DNA of 64,000 nucleotides from Laetmonice hystrix. Its lineage: Eukaryota. The stretch is from NCBI GenBank assembly GCA_965235115.1, contig OZ249448.1, positions 23,436,001 to 23,500,000 on the forward strand, written 5' to 3'. The notes under the pieces are model-generated. The model ran no database searches and was not told the DNA's origin. It saw only the letters and a list, made by a program, of their open reading frames with translations. Below, piece by piece: positions 39,214 through 51,600 of the stretch. The position numbers were made by a program, and so were the translations under genes. Every line of letters starts with the position of its first letter. Within the stretch, counting starts at the first letter, position 1.

Positions 39214-39637
39214 GTATGTATATAAATTGATGAAATTATGGCAACAAATAGAGGAGAAAACTGAATTATATCAGTCGAAATAGGGCATCATAAAATGATA
39301 ATTATCCTTTTTAGATATCTTACGTTGTTGATATAAGAAGAAGTGTAGCTGCAGTTTTACAGATAGTTTGGACAGAAAGGTCTGAGATAGACTCCACTTA
39401 TTGTGCCTGGAGCCATGGTGGCTGTTGGCGGCGGGGAGGGGGGGGGGTATAAATCCAGCTGTGACTCTAGCCGTCTGACGGTTGGCAGTGGGGCAGCAGG
39501 GGTTCGGGCTGATCAGGATCCCAGGACCGTATCAGCTATCATCAAATCGTCCCACAATAGGTGTTCTGGACAATGGATAATTAGAATGCAAATAAGACAA
39601 GGTTGTAATCTCCTCACATTAAACCCTCCCCTCGTCT

Positions 39638-39651
39638 CCGCTAGGTGGCGC
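39638..39651 (+). promoter_or_regulatory. CTCF-like motif CCGCTAGGTGGCGC
   Basis: Seen: fits the established CTCF core CC(A/G)SYAGRKGGCRS. Function untested. Confidence 0.35.
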
Positions 39652-40189
39652 CCTGGCGAGGAGATCCTTAATCATTAAGGTCTCGGGATGATGAATGGTC
39701 GTGGAATCAGGTGCATGTGATGAGGAAGTCTTTTGTTCGACCAGTGCTTCGGAATGAGGGTAGAGTTTGGGTGAGTCGGGGCTGGGGGCGCGGAGGGTCA
39801 GGGGGATTGGGAAAATGAAACGGGGATATCGGCAGATTTCCATAAACAGTGTTAATGTCTATGTTAATTATAATCCTTAATAATCTCGGATTAATCACAC
39901 GGTTTTCTTTTGTCATTTGCATGCCTAAGTGAATGAAGAACAGTGTGGTTAGATGTTAGTGTAGAATTTTGGTTAGTTCTTTGTCATTCTTTTGTTATCC
40001 ATGAGAAATATCAAGAAAAATCAGTGTAGATCCCCATGCAATAAACTAAGGTAGTAAGGTTTATGTTTATGTTAAGGTTTATGTTAAACTTTCCGTGTTT
40101 TGTAAGCCGTAAACAGATCCTACCGTTATTGTGTCACATTTGAGACCAGAACTGTTGTGTGATGTTCGTTCTCCGGTTGTATTTTGCAG

Positions 40190-40231
40190 GTATGTGACAA
40201 GTTTCAAATCGAAACACCGTTTATCTGGTGG
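40190..40231 (+). CDS. Candidate 42-nt symmetric phase-2 microexon / RS-exon of TMEM132 (R-YVTSFKSKHRLSG-G)
   Basis: Seen: strong acceptor gttcgttctccggttgtattttgcag|G, consensus donor GGTGG|gtaagt, length 42 nt, open in the inherited frame. The first six nucleotides (GTATGT) are themselves a 5' splice-site consensus. Confidence 0.45.
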
Positions 40232-40337
40232 GTAAGTGCCACTGACAATGTCGGATCATTTTAATATTTCCATGTGTGAGTAGAAGCTATATCGCTGTTC
40301 CAGGATGACGGACAGTAATAATAACTGTCAATATGAA

Positions 40338-41318
40338 GTCGGTGAGGGTGTTTTTTAACACACCCTGTCCACATTCGGTGAGGGTGTTTTTTAACACACC
40401 CTGTCCACAGTCGGTGAGGGTGTTTTTTAACACACCCTGTCCACAGTCGGTGAGGGTGTTTTTAACACACCCTGTCCACAGTCGGTGAGGGTGTTTTTAA
40501 ACACACCCTGTCCACAGTCGGTGAGGGTGTTTTTTAACACACCCTGTCCACAGTCGGTGAGGGTGTTTTTTAACACACCCTGTCCACAGTCGGTGAGGGT
40601 GTTTTTTAACACACCCTGTCCACAGTCGGTGAGGGTGTTTTTTAACACACCCTGTCCACAGTCGGTGAGGGTGTTTTTTAACACACCCTGTCCACAGTCG
40701 GTGAGGGAGGAGAGGGTGTTTTTTAACACACCCTGTCCACAGTCGGTGAGGGAGGAGAAGGTGTTTTTAACACACCCTGTCCACAGTCGGTGAGGGAGGA
40801 GAAGGTGTTTTTTAACACACCCTGTCCACAGTCGGTGAGGGAGGAGAAGGTGTTTTTTTAACAGACCCTGTCGGTGAGGGAGGAGAGGGTGTTTTTTAAC
40901 ACACCCTGTCCACAGTCGGTGAGGGAGGGGAAGGTGTTTTTTAACACACCCTGTCCACAGTCGGTGAGGGAGAAGGTGTTTTTTTAACACACCCTGTCGG
41001 TGAGGGAGGAGAGGGTGTTTTTTAACACACCTTGTTCACAGTCGGTGAGGGAGGAGAGGGTGTTTTTTAACACACCCTGTCGGTGAGGGAGGAGAGGGTG
41101 TTTTTTAAACACACCCTGTCGGTGAGGGAGGAGAGGGTGTTTTTTAACACACCCTGTCCACAGTCGGTGAGGGAGGAGAGGGTGTTTTTTTAACAGACCA
41201 TGTCGGTGAGGGAGGAGAGGGTGGTTTTTTAACACACCCTGTCCACAGTCGGTGAGGGAGGAGAGGGTGTTTTTTTAACAGACCCTGTCGGTGAGGGAGG
41301 AGAGGGTGTTTTTTTTTA
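40338..41318. repeat. Minisatellite with a 36-bp palindromic unit changing to 45/38-bp variants
   Basis: Seen: gtcggtgagggtgttttttaacacaccctgtccaca. Later units gain gaggagag and some lose the cacag segment. Confidence 0.97.
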
Positions 41319-44300
41319 GCTCTCCTTACCCTCACTCTCCATCATTAGACCGACTTGATTGCTGAATGCCGAGTTTAAACATGCCCGTTCATGTTATGAT
41401 GAGACCACAAACCAATATCACTTTTCATGCTCAGCTCATGACGTGTTCCTATGTTGACGCACAAAATCCATCATTAATTGATACTCTTTATGAAAACAAC
41501 AATTAAGTCTGACAAATGGTGGCCCGTGCATGATTAATCTGGCTGATTACCATTTGATATGATTGCCGTAAACATGGGCTCAGCCCTGGCGTTGACGCCT
41601 GATGCATGGCCGGGAACGTGACCTTGGTCAGCCATTGTTACCCAGTGATCTCCATTGTGTGAGCACAGATCCTCTCAGAGGTGACTGACCGCTCGGACCT
41701 TTCACAGAGAGCAGGAGCCACCAGTCCGGGACCAGTCACATTCACTCGCATGACGACGACACAACAATGAGCGGACCCGGCTACAAGTGGGAATCAGCCA
41801 GTCCGTCTAATATTAGACCCAGGCAAATTGGACACCACAAATCACATTCTGAAATTATACCTAGGTTTTTCATTTGATATGAGCCTTTTATTGCCTATTT
41901 ATGGATTACAAACATTTTGCATTATGTCAGGTATAATATCGCATCCTTTCAATTTGACCTCCCAACGACGCCCTAGCGACGTTAATAAATCTATCGCAAC
42001 GTTGCATATTAACACTTGGTTGTTATATGAGATTTTACAGGATAAAATTGAGTTCTTTTTCTCATATTTGCTGACGGTGTTCGTTTCAAGATCGCAAAAC
42101 CCATGAAGATTAATAAAAGGAAGGGATCGACGACTCCTTTTTACAGGGAGAACGTTAACAGGCTCACACAAAACGTTATAACAACGTTTTATTCCTGTTA
42201 TCCATTATTAGTGTTACGTAAACGTTTATTGAACGTTCTTTGCGCTGTAGGTAGTTTTCAAACACTCAGTGACCGCCAAGGGTGTGGTCCTTGGCGCCGT
42301 CCATATGTCGTACTGGAGAAGTTTCATCATATGTAATGAAGGAGAAGTTACTGGAGGCTCCAGGATGTACCACCTCAAGTGGTGAGGACCTCCAGAGTCT
42401 GGAGGTGAGGGTTGAAGGTGAGAGGTCAGCCGGTACAGCGGCCGTTACATGGATTGAAGTGGAGACTGTGATGTGTTGACTGCAGACAGTCACGACCTGG
42501 ATGGTTCCTCCACATGCAATGTCTGACTCCGATCCTGTAACCAGCATCCGTCTACTCCGTCATCAACAGCTCTCAGCCACGGCAACATCTGGGTCAGAGA
42601 AACGCTATCTGACATATTAGGTCAAGGGACATGGAAGTCGTTCAAGACGATTAATTCTAGTCCGTTTATTTGAGATATTACATAAACGTTGTATTGGGAA
42701 TAAATTGTTCAGGGCTGAGAGTTCCGGGGCACAATGACAGTGGTATTGGATAATATGTCTGTCTCTGCACAGTGTTTGGAGATGAGAAACCAGGCTAGTC
42801 CCCGGGTAATCAGACAGGATTGGCGCCCTCTGGCGCCAGGCACCGGTACTAGGCAGTGACGGTGATTATCGCAGTCAATAGTCACCTTGAGGGCAACTGA
42901 GGAGCAAGGCAACATTCCAGGCCAAATATCAGTTGTCCGGGAGCACTCATAGTGTCAAAAAGTGTGTAATAAATAATCACAGTTATTAATATTTCAGGCT
43001 AAACGGGAAGAGCTTCAAGTCCCGTCATGTCAAAGTAGATTTTGTTTCGCTCTACTCCGTTACAATTCTGAGAAAGCCAAAACAATTGCCAGGAGAATCT
43101 TACAATGGTTGCCAGCCGGACCGCCGGACAAGATAAGACAGCCAGAAAAGTAGAAAAGTTGACGGGTTTTTTCACGGGGAGAATAGATATTATTGCAGGT
43201 TTCCCGCCTGAACAGGAAATACAACTTTATGGCAACACGTAAAAATCTAAAAAAAGAGAGAAAGATTCTGACAGAAAGGCCACATGGGATTTGCAGTCCA
43301 GCAGTAGATTGGAAATGAAGAATCGCCAAACCGCATCAACTTTCAGGATCAATAAAATCAGAAAAAATATCACCGGCCAGAACGTAGTTTCCTCAGCTCC
43401 CAGCCTCTCGCCTGAAGGAGCTCTGCAGTGTCTCTGCTTGTACAAACTGTGACAAAGTGATGCAACCAAACAAAAACGAAACAGGAGAAAAAGTGTAGTT
43501 GGCGAAAAGACTTGTGACGATAAGCAAGACATTTTGAAAGTCCCTCGCCGGCCATTTGTATTGCAGGGGTCAGTGAGTTAACACAGTGCCGAGAGTCATA
43601 CAACGTAAAGCCATGATGTCTGGCCAGCCCGGGCTGTATTCAATTTACGATGTTTCCCCGCAAGAATTGGAATCAGATAGAGGAATACACTGGCCAGGTT
43701 GTTATCTGTCTGACTACCGACTGTAGCATCGAGATAACCTGCCAGTAACCGTTACCTTATCAACAGGTCAGATGGTTACTGATAGCATCACCATGACGAT
43801 TATGAGGATGGATGATCACCATGGCACCCAGGGTCTCCATGGTAACCGTTGTCTGGGCCGACCAACTGCCCCCCGTGATCCAGGTCCGAGACGTGCTGAA
43901 GTAGACAGAAATCGACACAGTCAGGGAATAGTCGTATTTGTTGTAGTTCTTACACCAAAAGTCATGCTTTCATTGGTGATCCTGTACCCAGAGTTGAGTA
44001 TGAAGGACCTAGTTGAGAACCGTCAACCTCTACAAGTCCCCTGTGTCATTCCCCCCTCCAGCCCCTAACCGGACAGTGTTTGTCACACGTGTGTGATTAG
44101 TGCACGAAACCTCTACTCACTGTCATTAAACTTGTGACAATATCCGGCGTTCAGATCCCATGTGTGTCGGAGTCACTGACCTAATCGCCAGGTTCTATTG
44201 TTCCTCGGAATAATTCTCTTCACGGCGTGTCCCGCCAAACATTTGGTCACGCCTCCTAGAACGGCTTTGATTGTACTTTTGTGGAAGGCATTCCCTCTCA

Positions 44301-44779
44301 TTCCGCTAGACAGCTGTCTCAGGCTCGCAGCTGCATCTGACGAATTTCTCCACTCTGCGGTCTGCGATTTGCATATTAATTACATTTTTCCGCTGGTATT
44401 TTGCGGGCTGACTGTCATGTGCTGTCTCGATCAGCTGCTCTCGGACGTGACACACACGGTCGCCATTTTCCGGCCTGTAATTATGTAAACCACCTATTGT
44501 TCTCAAACTGAACCGTTTGTCCAGCTGGTAATCTGTCTTTTTATCCATCACCGAGCATTGAAAGTGCATGAATCACCAGGGGTAGGGATCGCGGGGGTGG
44601 GTGGGTGGGTGGGAGGGGGAGTAGGGGTAGGATGGGGTATCATTCCCATGGTGATGATGCTGCAGGTCTAGGTGTGATGAAGGACGAGGAGTATTAAAAA
44701 CAACGAAAACAGACTCGATCATTGTTCTTTTGACAAGGATTGTCTTTGTTTCAGAAAAAAACGAAAGGGGGAAACGGGG

Positions 44780-45026
44780 GTGCTGTGGTGTTAAACCGTC
44801 GTGCTGTGGTGTTAAACCGTCGTGCTGTGGTGTTAAACCGTCGTGCTGTGGTGTTAAACCGTCGTGCTGTGGTGTTAAACCGTCTTGCTGTGGTGTTAAA
44901 CCGTGGTGCTGTGGTGTTAAACCGTCGTGCTGTGGTGTTAAACCGTCGTGCTGTGGTGTTAACCCGTCGTGTTGTGGTGTTAAACCGTCGTGCTGTGGTG
45001 TTAAACCGTCGTGCTGTGGTGTTAAA
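44780..45026. repeat. Minisatellite, 21-bp unit, about 11.5 copies
   Basis: Seen: gtgctgtggtgttaaaccgtc repeated. Confidence 0.97.
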
Positions 45027-48000
45027 TGTGCTCTCACATCTGTGTTGTTAGAAAACCTGCAGAAAATGTCAGTCTATGAATTGTGCCCCCAGCAAAACAT
45101 GAGGGCTGTTAAGTGCAAAGTGTCGAGATCGATTTTTATCTTCCATACTCGCATTCTCGTTTAAATGGATGAGCGCTTCATACTTAGATATTGGTGTTAT
45201 TCTAATAATCACGAAATTAATCATTTTTGTGAGGTAATACATGATAGTTAGTATCCCTCTAGAAACATTGGATATGGTGTTCGGTGTACCGGTGTGGTGC
45301 CTGAACTAACAGTAGGGCATGAGTTGGTAAGGCATTGTTTTACCCACATCACCAATCTCAGGTATTTTACCTGAGGTTTCACAGACAGTTTTGGATAAAA
45401 CTATAATATTTCACAATTCTTTACTCTACACATTATTTCGTTACTTTAATTGGAAGACTCTACATATTGTCTCATTACTTATATATTGCAAGACATGCAG
45501 AAAAAGTTTGTTCATATCCGCATATACCCTGTGAGATGACGACGGTATTCCATTTACTGTGCTGGAGGCCTTTCATGCAGTGACTGATGATGTTAAAACC
45601 CCTGTTTCCTGAGGGCCATGACTTTATAGTCACACATAAATCAACGCAAACCTCAGTTTGGGATATAACCTTCCAGGAGGTGTAATAAAAAACGTCGATA
45701 TGTCGGGAGATTTTTCCTCCGGGCTGCAGAAAGTTAATATATTCGGTGATGATGACCCCCAGGAGTTGGTTTCTATACTCGGTGTGACGCCCAGGGTGGG
45801 GGAGGAGGGGTGTAGCAGTGGGTGTCACCCCACACCCTGCCCACTACACAACCCTTTCACTAGAGGCATTGTATCCTGTGTTACACAGCCAGCCCGTATT
45901 TCTCATTATGAATTTCCAGTGGTATCAAGGCATTAGTTAGGAAACCGCCTCAGGCGCTCTCACACCCCGTTCACAGCGGTTGTGTTATGAAGAGGACAAA
46001 CATGCAGCGCAGATCTGTGAACTTTTTACCGCTTTGTTCGCAGTAACACACAGCGATGACTGTGCACCAATCTCAACACTTGGCAACAACGTCGAGAAAA
46101 AACAAGCGAGAAAAAGGACCAATCGCATGAAAAAACGACAAGAAATCAGTTTAATGTCGGAAAATATTGGAAGAGTGGAAGGAGGTGAAAGAAACGCAGT
46201 ATGAAGAATTAAATTCTTTGTTTAAAAAAAGACCTGCTGGTATGGATGGACGGGTGGAGGTGACGCCAGCTCATCTTGTACACTCGACATGGAAAGTTTG
46301 AGAGCTTGGGAAATAAATATAAGGTACAACCTTCCTTGGTTCCTATCATAGGCGGCTCAGTAGTGTTGCTTTGTGTAGGCTGCTAAATCTTGAATTATTT
46401 GCACCAAGTCTTTGATATACAAAATTGAGCGTACAGATCTTGTTTTCTGTCGTGCAGAGCTCACAGTTCAAAGAGAAGACTATGGTGGCATGGTTGGTCA
46501 GTTGTTATGGTCGTCAGTCGTACACATGTTTCTACACATAAATCATATACAGATCATGAAGCGGGGGGTAAGACCTGAGAATCTATGTTCACCATTTCTA
46601 ACCCTAACCCCTTGCCCCTAGCCTCTGAGTTACCATCTAAAAATCATATCCCTATCCTTTACCCCTGCCCCAAGCTATCGAAATACCCAGGAGGAAATCC
46701 CCATCCAGGTGGTATACGGAACAGGCCTCCAGACGGTGTACTGAGTCAGGGACCGTTCACCAGACACGATCAGAGGGACCGTCTCAGTGCCACAATCCCC
46801 ACCTCTAAGGTTTCATCAGGCGGAATGATCAATGATCACCAACATTGCCTCCTGCTGAGATGGCCCCTTTCTGCCGTACTCGCTATTGAAACAGAGGCCA
46901 AGTTGATTTTGACAGGGACCCTGGCCAATCACAACCCAGGGGTGAGGGGTAATGAGGGGAAGAACAATCGGCATGTACAGACGTCAAATTTATTTAAGGT
47001 CTGCTGCGAAGACGCGGGGGGGGGGGGTGTCAATGAGGGCGATAAGTACTTCATCCAACCATTCTCTAAATTTAATTCACCCATTGTGTTTGCCTGTGAG
47101 GCTGTACATAGAGACGGTGTGCTTTGTTGAGGAATCGCTACATTTCGGATATTGCTCACATTGGAATGACGCACAGTGCTAACAGCATAATATTGTATCA
47201 GTTCTCAAATATGGCACAAAAGAGCCGAAATATTTTTAATCATTGCAGATGCTCCTTTATTCCTGCATTTTGGCTGGTCATTTTCATTAAGTCCTAAGAA
47301 TATTAACTCTTAAAATGTTTAGACAAAGGGAGGTTGTGCCATAAAAAGTGAGGATTTGGTAGAGTTTTCATGTTTGATCCTTGCCGTATTTCCGCACCAC
47401 CGGCAGCAGAGAGGGGTATTGAGGAGTTTAATGGGTTTTTTTGAGGAGTTTTATGTTACAGATTAAATGGTATTGAGCGCAAACAGAGCCGGGACGAAGT
47501 GACTGGGGCGAGTTGGCTTTGTCTCTCAATCATCCCAACTCAGTGCCCCCTTGAAACGTTTCATCGAGATGATAATCTAGATTCACGTTTTAAGTGCTAA
47601 GGTTGATATGGTTTTTTTACGCTCTAGCTATTGGTTGGTGACGAGCATGAATTGGTTGGAAATGAGCGGAGAAGTGGCACGAGGGATTGTTTCGTGGTTC
47701 ACTGGTGGCTAACGACCCTTCATGACCTGAAAGGTTACAGGGCGTGAAGGTCACGAACGCTGGTTTGTGCCCGCGTCTATTGTAACTCTCTTCGCCCTGA
47801 AATAGCTGAAATACTGCTGACTGGGCGTTAAACACCAACAACAACTACTCACTCTGTCGGGAGACTGAAATAGCTAATCAGGTTCCATTCCAATGTGAAC
47901 AAATAAGGCTGGCGATAAGGGAGTGAATGACTGGGTAGTATAAATGACCACTAATGGTGATCCTCCTGTCTCAGGGTCGGGCGTTCCAGCGCCCTTCAAG

Positions 48001-48347
48001 GCTCTCAGAACAACGATCAGGAGCGAGCGGAAGTACTGTTGTGGCGTTCGTATGCCCCGGATGGTAACGCTGGTGGCACACAGTACGGGCACCGTATGAA
48101 GTCCTTTATTGACACTGCACAGTTACATTGTTTTAAAGAACCGCAAAGTCTCATGAAGGCGATTTGTAACAAAATATTTGGGATGAACATTATGGTAAGG
48201 ATCAGGAGAAGGACTGGCAAAAACAACGACAGAAGATCCAAAGTTCGTGCTCACTTTAAGTAAAAGAAAAGTCAGATAAAATGGTTAATTCCTGCTCGCC
48301 CCGAGTGTCACTGTCATACTGCAAGTTAAACTGAAGCTCTTTGGTTG

Positions 48348-48690
48348 TCCCCAGGGTAAAATTCCGCGAAATTAACGGTATAAGGGTGTAGGTGGTTAGG
48401 GTAGGACTAGGGGTATGGGTTAGGGTAGGACTAGGGTTAGGGTAGGACTAGGGTTAGGGTAGGACTAGGGGTATGGGTTAGGGTAGGACTAGGGTTAGGG
48501 TAGGACTAGGGTTAGGGTAGGACTAGGGGTACGGGTTAGGGTAGGACTAGGGTTAGGGTAGGACTCGGACTAGGGATAAATTTACCGGGAGTTCTTGGGA
48601 CTAAGGTTACGGGTTAGGGTAAGTTTCGGCGCTAGGAGTACTTAGGTTTGTAATTGTTCCCACAAATTTCCTGGGAATGTTGCCAAGGGA
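48348..48690. mobile_element. MITE-like element, G-rich orientation, enclosing a telomere-like array
   Basis: Seen: left end tccccagggtaaa is identical to the 19006 copy over 13 nt. The right end ggaatgttgccaaggga is partly complementary to it. Confidence 0.5.
48394..48575. repeat. Telomere-like array (GGGTTAGGGTAGGACTA)n with a 58-bp higher-order period
   Basis: Seen: three 17-bp units followed by GGGGTAT/C, repeated about three times. Confidence 0.95.
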
Positions 48691-51600
48691 TAGGCATGCG
48701 TGCTGTTGTCAAGCACAACGTTTTAATGTTTTAGTAAGAACCCTGATGAAGACTCGCCAACATGATCAACAAATTTACCATTGAGGCCTCCTGACAACAA
48801 CACTTCACTGATATTCATTCCTCCACTTTGATGACAACAAGTATAACATATCAAGCCACAGCTCTCCGGGAGCTATGGCAACCACATGTAGTGGGAGTGG
48901 CAGTTGACAGTATCCAATTCGTGTTTCCATGGTTGCAAGTGTAGCGAGAGAAAAAATCTCCATGGTTATGGATATAAAGGATGTTAGTGCGCGAGTTCAA
49001 AGGTGAAGTATATTGTAGACCTTTGATAGGTGGTCTCTTTGATGTGTCCGTGTGCCGTGTGGCGGAATGATAATATGGCGGAGGGGTCAAGTAGGTAGTG
49101 AGACGTGAGAGGACCGGACGAGTTGATGAGGCAGTCACCATGCGGAGAGAACTTGACGGAGGTCCTCACAGACAGCCCACACTCATCATCCACACCTCAC
49201 AGACATTGCCACAGCCCCCCAAAATAAAATATTCAAACTACAAGTAGTTGTATAATAGGAGATGAATAATGTAGAGACAGTTTTATAGGCTACCTGCATA
49301 TTCAATACAAGGCTCGCGAGATATTTGACAGTCTGGGGCTTTTTTTGGTGGTGACCATTCGGCTTACAGTAGTTATTCCCCAGAACATTCTGCTAGTCCC
49401 AGCAGAATTCATTTAGCTCAAACAGTTCTAAAAGGTAATTCAGGGTCCGTATGCCTTCTGGAATCCCTGCTTTTATTTCTACAAGTGTGCAGGTGCGTAT
49501 TTGTATTATTAAACATTTATTTACGAAGAAATAATTGAGTTTAGACAAAGTTCACTTAGAGTCTAACTTGTGTTTTTGACCTTACAGAGGTAGAATTGTA
49601 GATGTAGATGTTTGGGGAGACACGGTGACGTTTGTGAGCAGCAGTTGGAGCGGGTAATCTGATGGGAGATCTCCTCTAAACGAGACGTGATCCCCGCCAG
49701 GGCCCGGACTTCATGTGAGCCCCGCCAACCCGTTACCAAGGCCGCTAGGAGACCGGTGAGGGATCACCATGGTGATCACCCTTGACAACCACACTGATCA
49801 CATCAGTGGTAGAACATGGGTGCCGGGATGGAGTATCCTAATGACCTTGGACAGTATGGACCTGCGCAAGGTCGTATATCACCATCCCGAGTCAAACCAA
49901 CTTGAGTCATACCCTAGGCAATGGTATGGGTTTATGAGATACACTGTCCCGACTGGTTTCAAACCAGACGTGCTGGGCCGGACTCATATTAGACTTCATT
50001 AGCCCAGAAGCGAGCAGGAATGGCTGAGACTGCACAAAAACCACAGATAAAATCAAATCTGTCCATCTTCTTTAAATCAGTTCCATCTTGGATAAGTTCA
50101 AGAGGAGTTAGTGAAGTGTAAAAACAGACCATTGTCCCCAGTAGTGGTCAACCCTTGACCTCGGGTCAGTCTGACCATCATCAGAGCCTGACCCAGTCGT
50201 TGGTATGCATCGCCAGGCAATATCGATCAGCTTGCCCGCTGATTGGAAGGATAAAAGATGGTCACTGGCCTATCAATGATCCGATTTTCATTTGCTGCGG
50301 CGTGGCTGTTCGGGGTAAACAATATGAGGCCTTGTGATTGGCTGGTCCACCGGAAATTCTCCAGGATGCCACAGCCAAGTGTGCCAAGGTAATCACAAAA
50401 TTTCATGCTAACATTCATAAAACGAGTTAATGAGTTAGCAATCGATAATTTATTGAAGTTTTCAAACGCATTCTGTGAAACTTGAAAGGCCACCCAGCGA
50501 CCTCCTATTTCATCAATATCGGCGGGTCACGTGACAAGGATTTTAATTTGTTGTCTCAGTGTCTTCACGTAAAAATGGTGCAGACTGGAACTTTTTGTCA
50601 AGGAAACCAGTAAAGACAGAATCATATCAGACCTATTTGATGAAAGAAAAAGAAAGGAAAAGAACATGGGCACCATGAGACATGATGTCAGTGGTGAGAA
50701 AATCAGTTTGGTGAGGATCTCCATGGTAACGTCATCTCCAGAAAATGTGGGGTAAAAAATAAAAGTCAATATCTATTAGCTCCAAACCGACCTAAAAAAC
50801 AGGCTCCTGATAGATTGTGTGTGTCACAGGTGGTCGGTCCGGCTCTCGTCCGGGGACCCGCCTCATACAGGTCCACTGGGGTGACGCCGGGAGGGTGGAG
50901 GTCATAGAAGGTCATCACGGCCATGGAGGTCTGGCGCCTGAAGGTGGCGACCTCTGTCGGTATCTTAGGGTGGTAGACGCCCTGTGACGTCACGGTAACA
51001 GCCACTACGTGATTGTTGATGAATAAGATATCAATGAGCCTATCATAGCAGTTCTGTGATGTAGAATTCTCTGATTTTCTTTTACAGAGACATGGGGATG
51101 TAAGAAGGTGTGTGTGGGGGGGGGGGGGAGGTTCAAGCCTGATAATTGCTTCCTTTTATGTTAGGTTTTTTTTTATCCGTTACAGTTTTCTGGTTGTCAT
51201 TGATTGTCCCTAGTGGCACTGTTAAATATTATATGATATCAGAACCAACTGTAAAGTGGTGCCCTTGGACTTATCTGAAGCGTTGAGTTCGCTTAGTTCT
51301 CCTGTATACCTACCCCCATGGGCGTGGACTTTGAACAGAGCACACTCTATGTAGATGCAATCTTGCCAGACGTTTCTACAGGACAGTGTCCCTGACGTCC
51401 TGTTTTGTGATGACAAGACGACATTATGACGGTAATTATCGCCAGTGCTGTCAAAGGTTAGACCAAGATAGGTCAGACTAGCGAGGGGTGGCATTACCTT
51501 AACCTCTATCCTCGGTTCTGCTAATCTCACCAAAAGATGATCCCAAGCGCTAACCCTAACCCCAAACCCCCACCCAGATTTCCATGGGAAAGTTACCATG

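Noticed and set aside
40338-41318. CRISPR-like appearance (36-bp palindromic repeat)
   Set aside because: Units are head-to-tail with no unique spacers, there are no cas genes, and the context is a spliceosomal intron. The same applies to all other arrays.
44573-45164. Cys-rich (CCGVKPS)n and (TPQHDGL)n ORFs
   Set aside because: Artefacts of a 21-bp repeat that is open in several frames on both strands.
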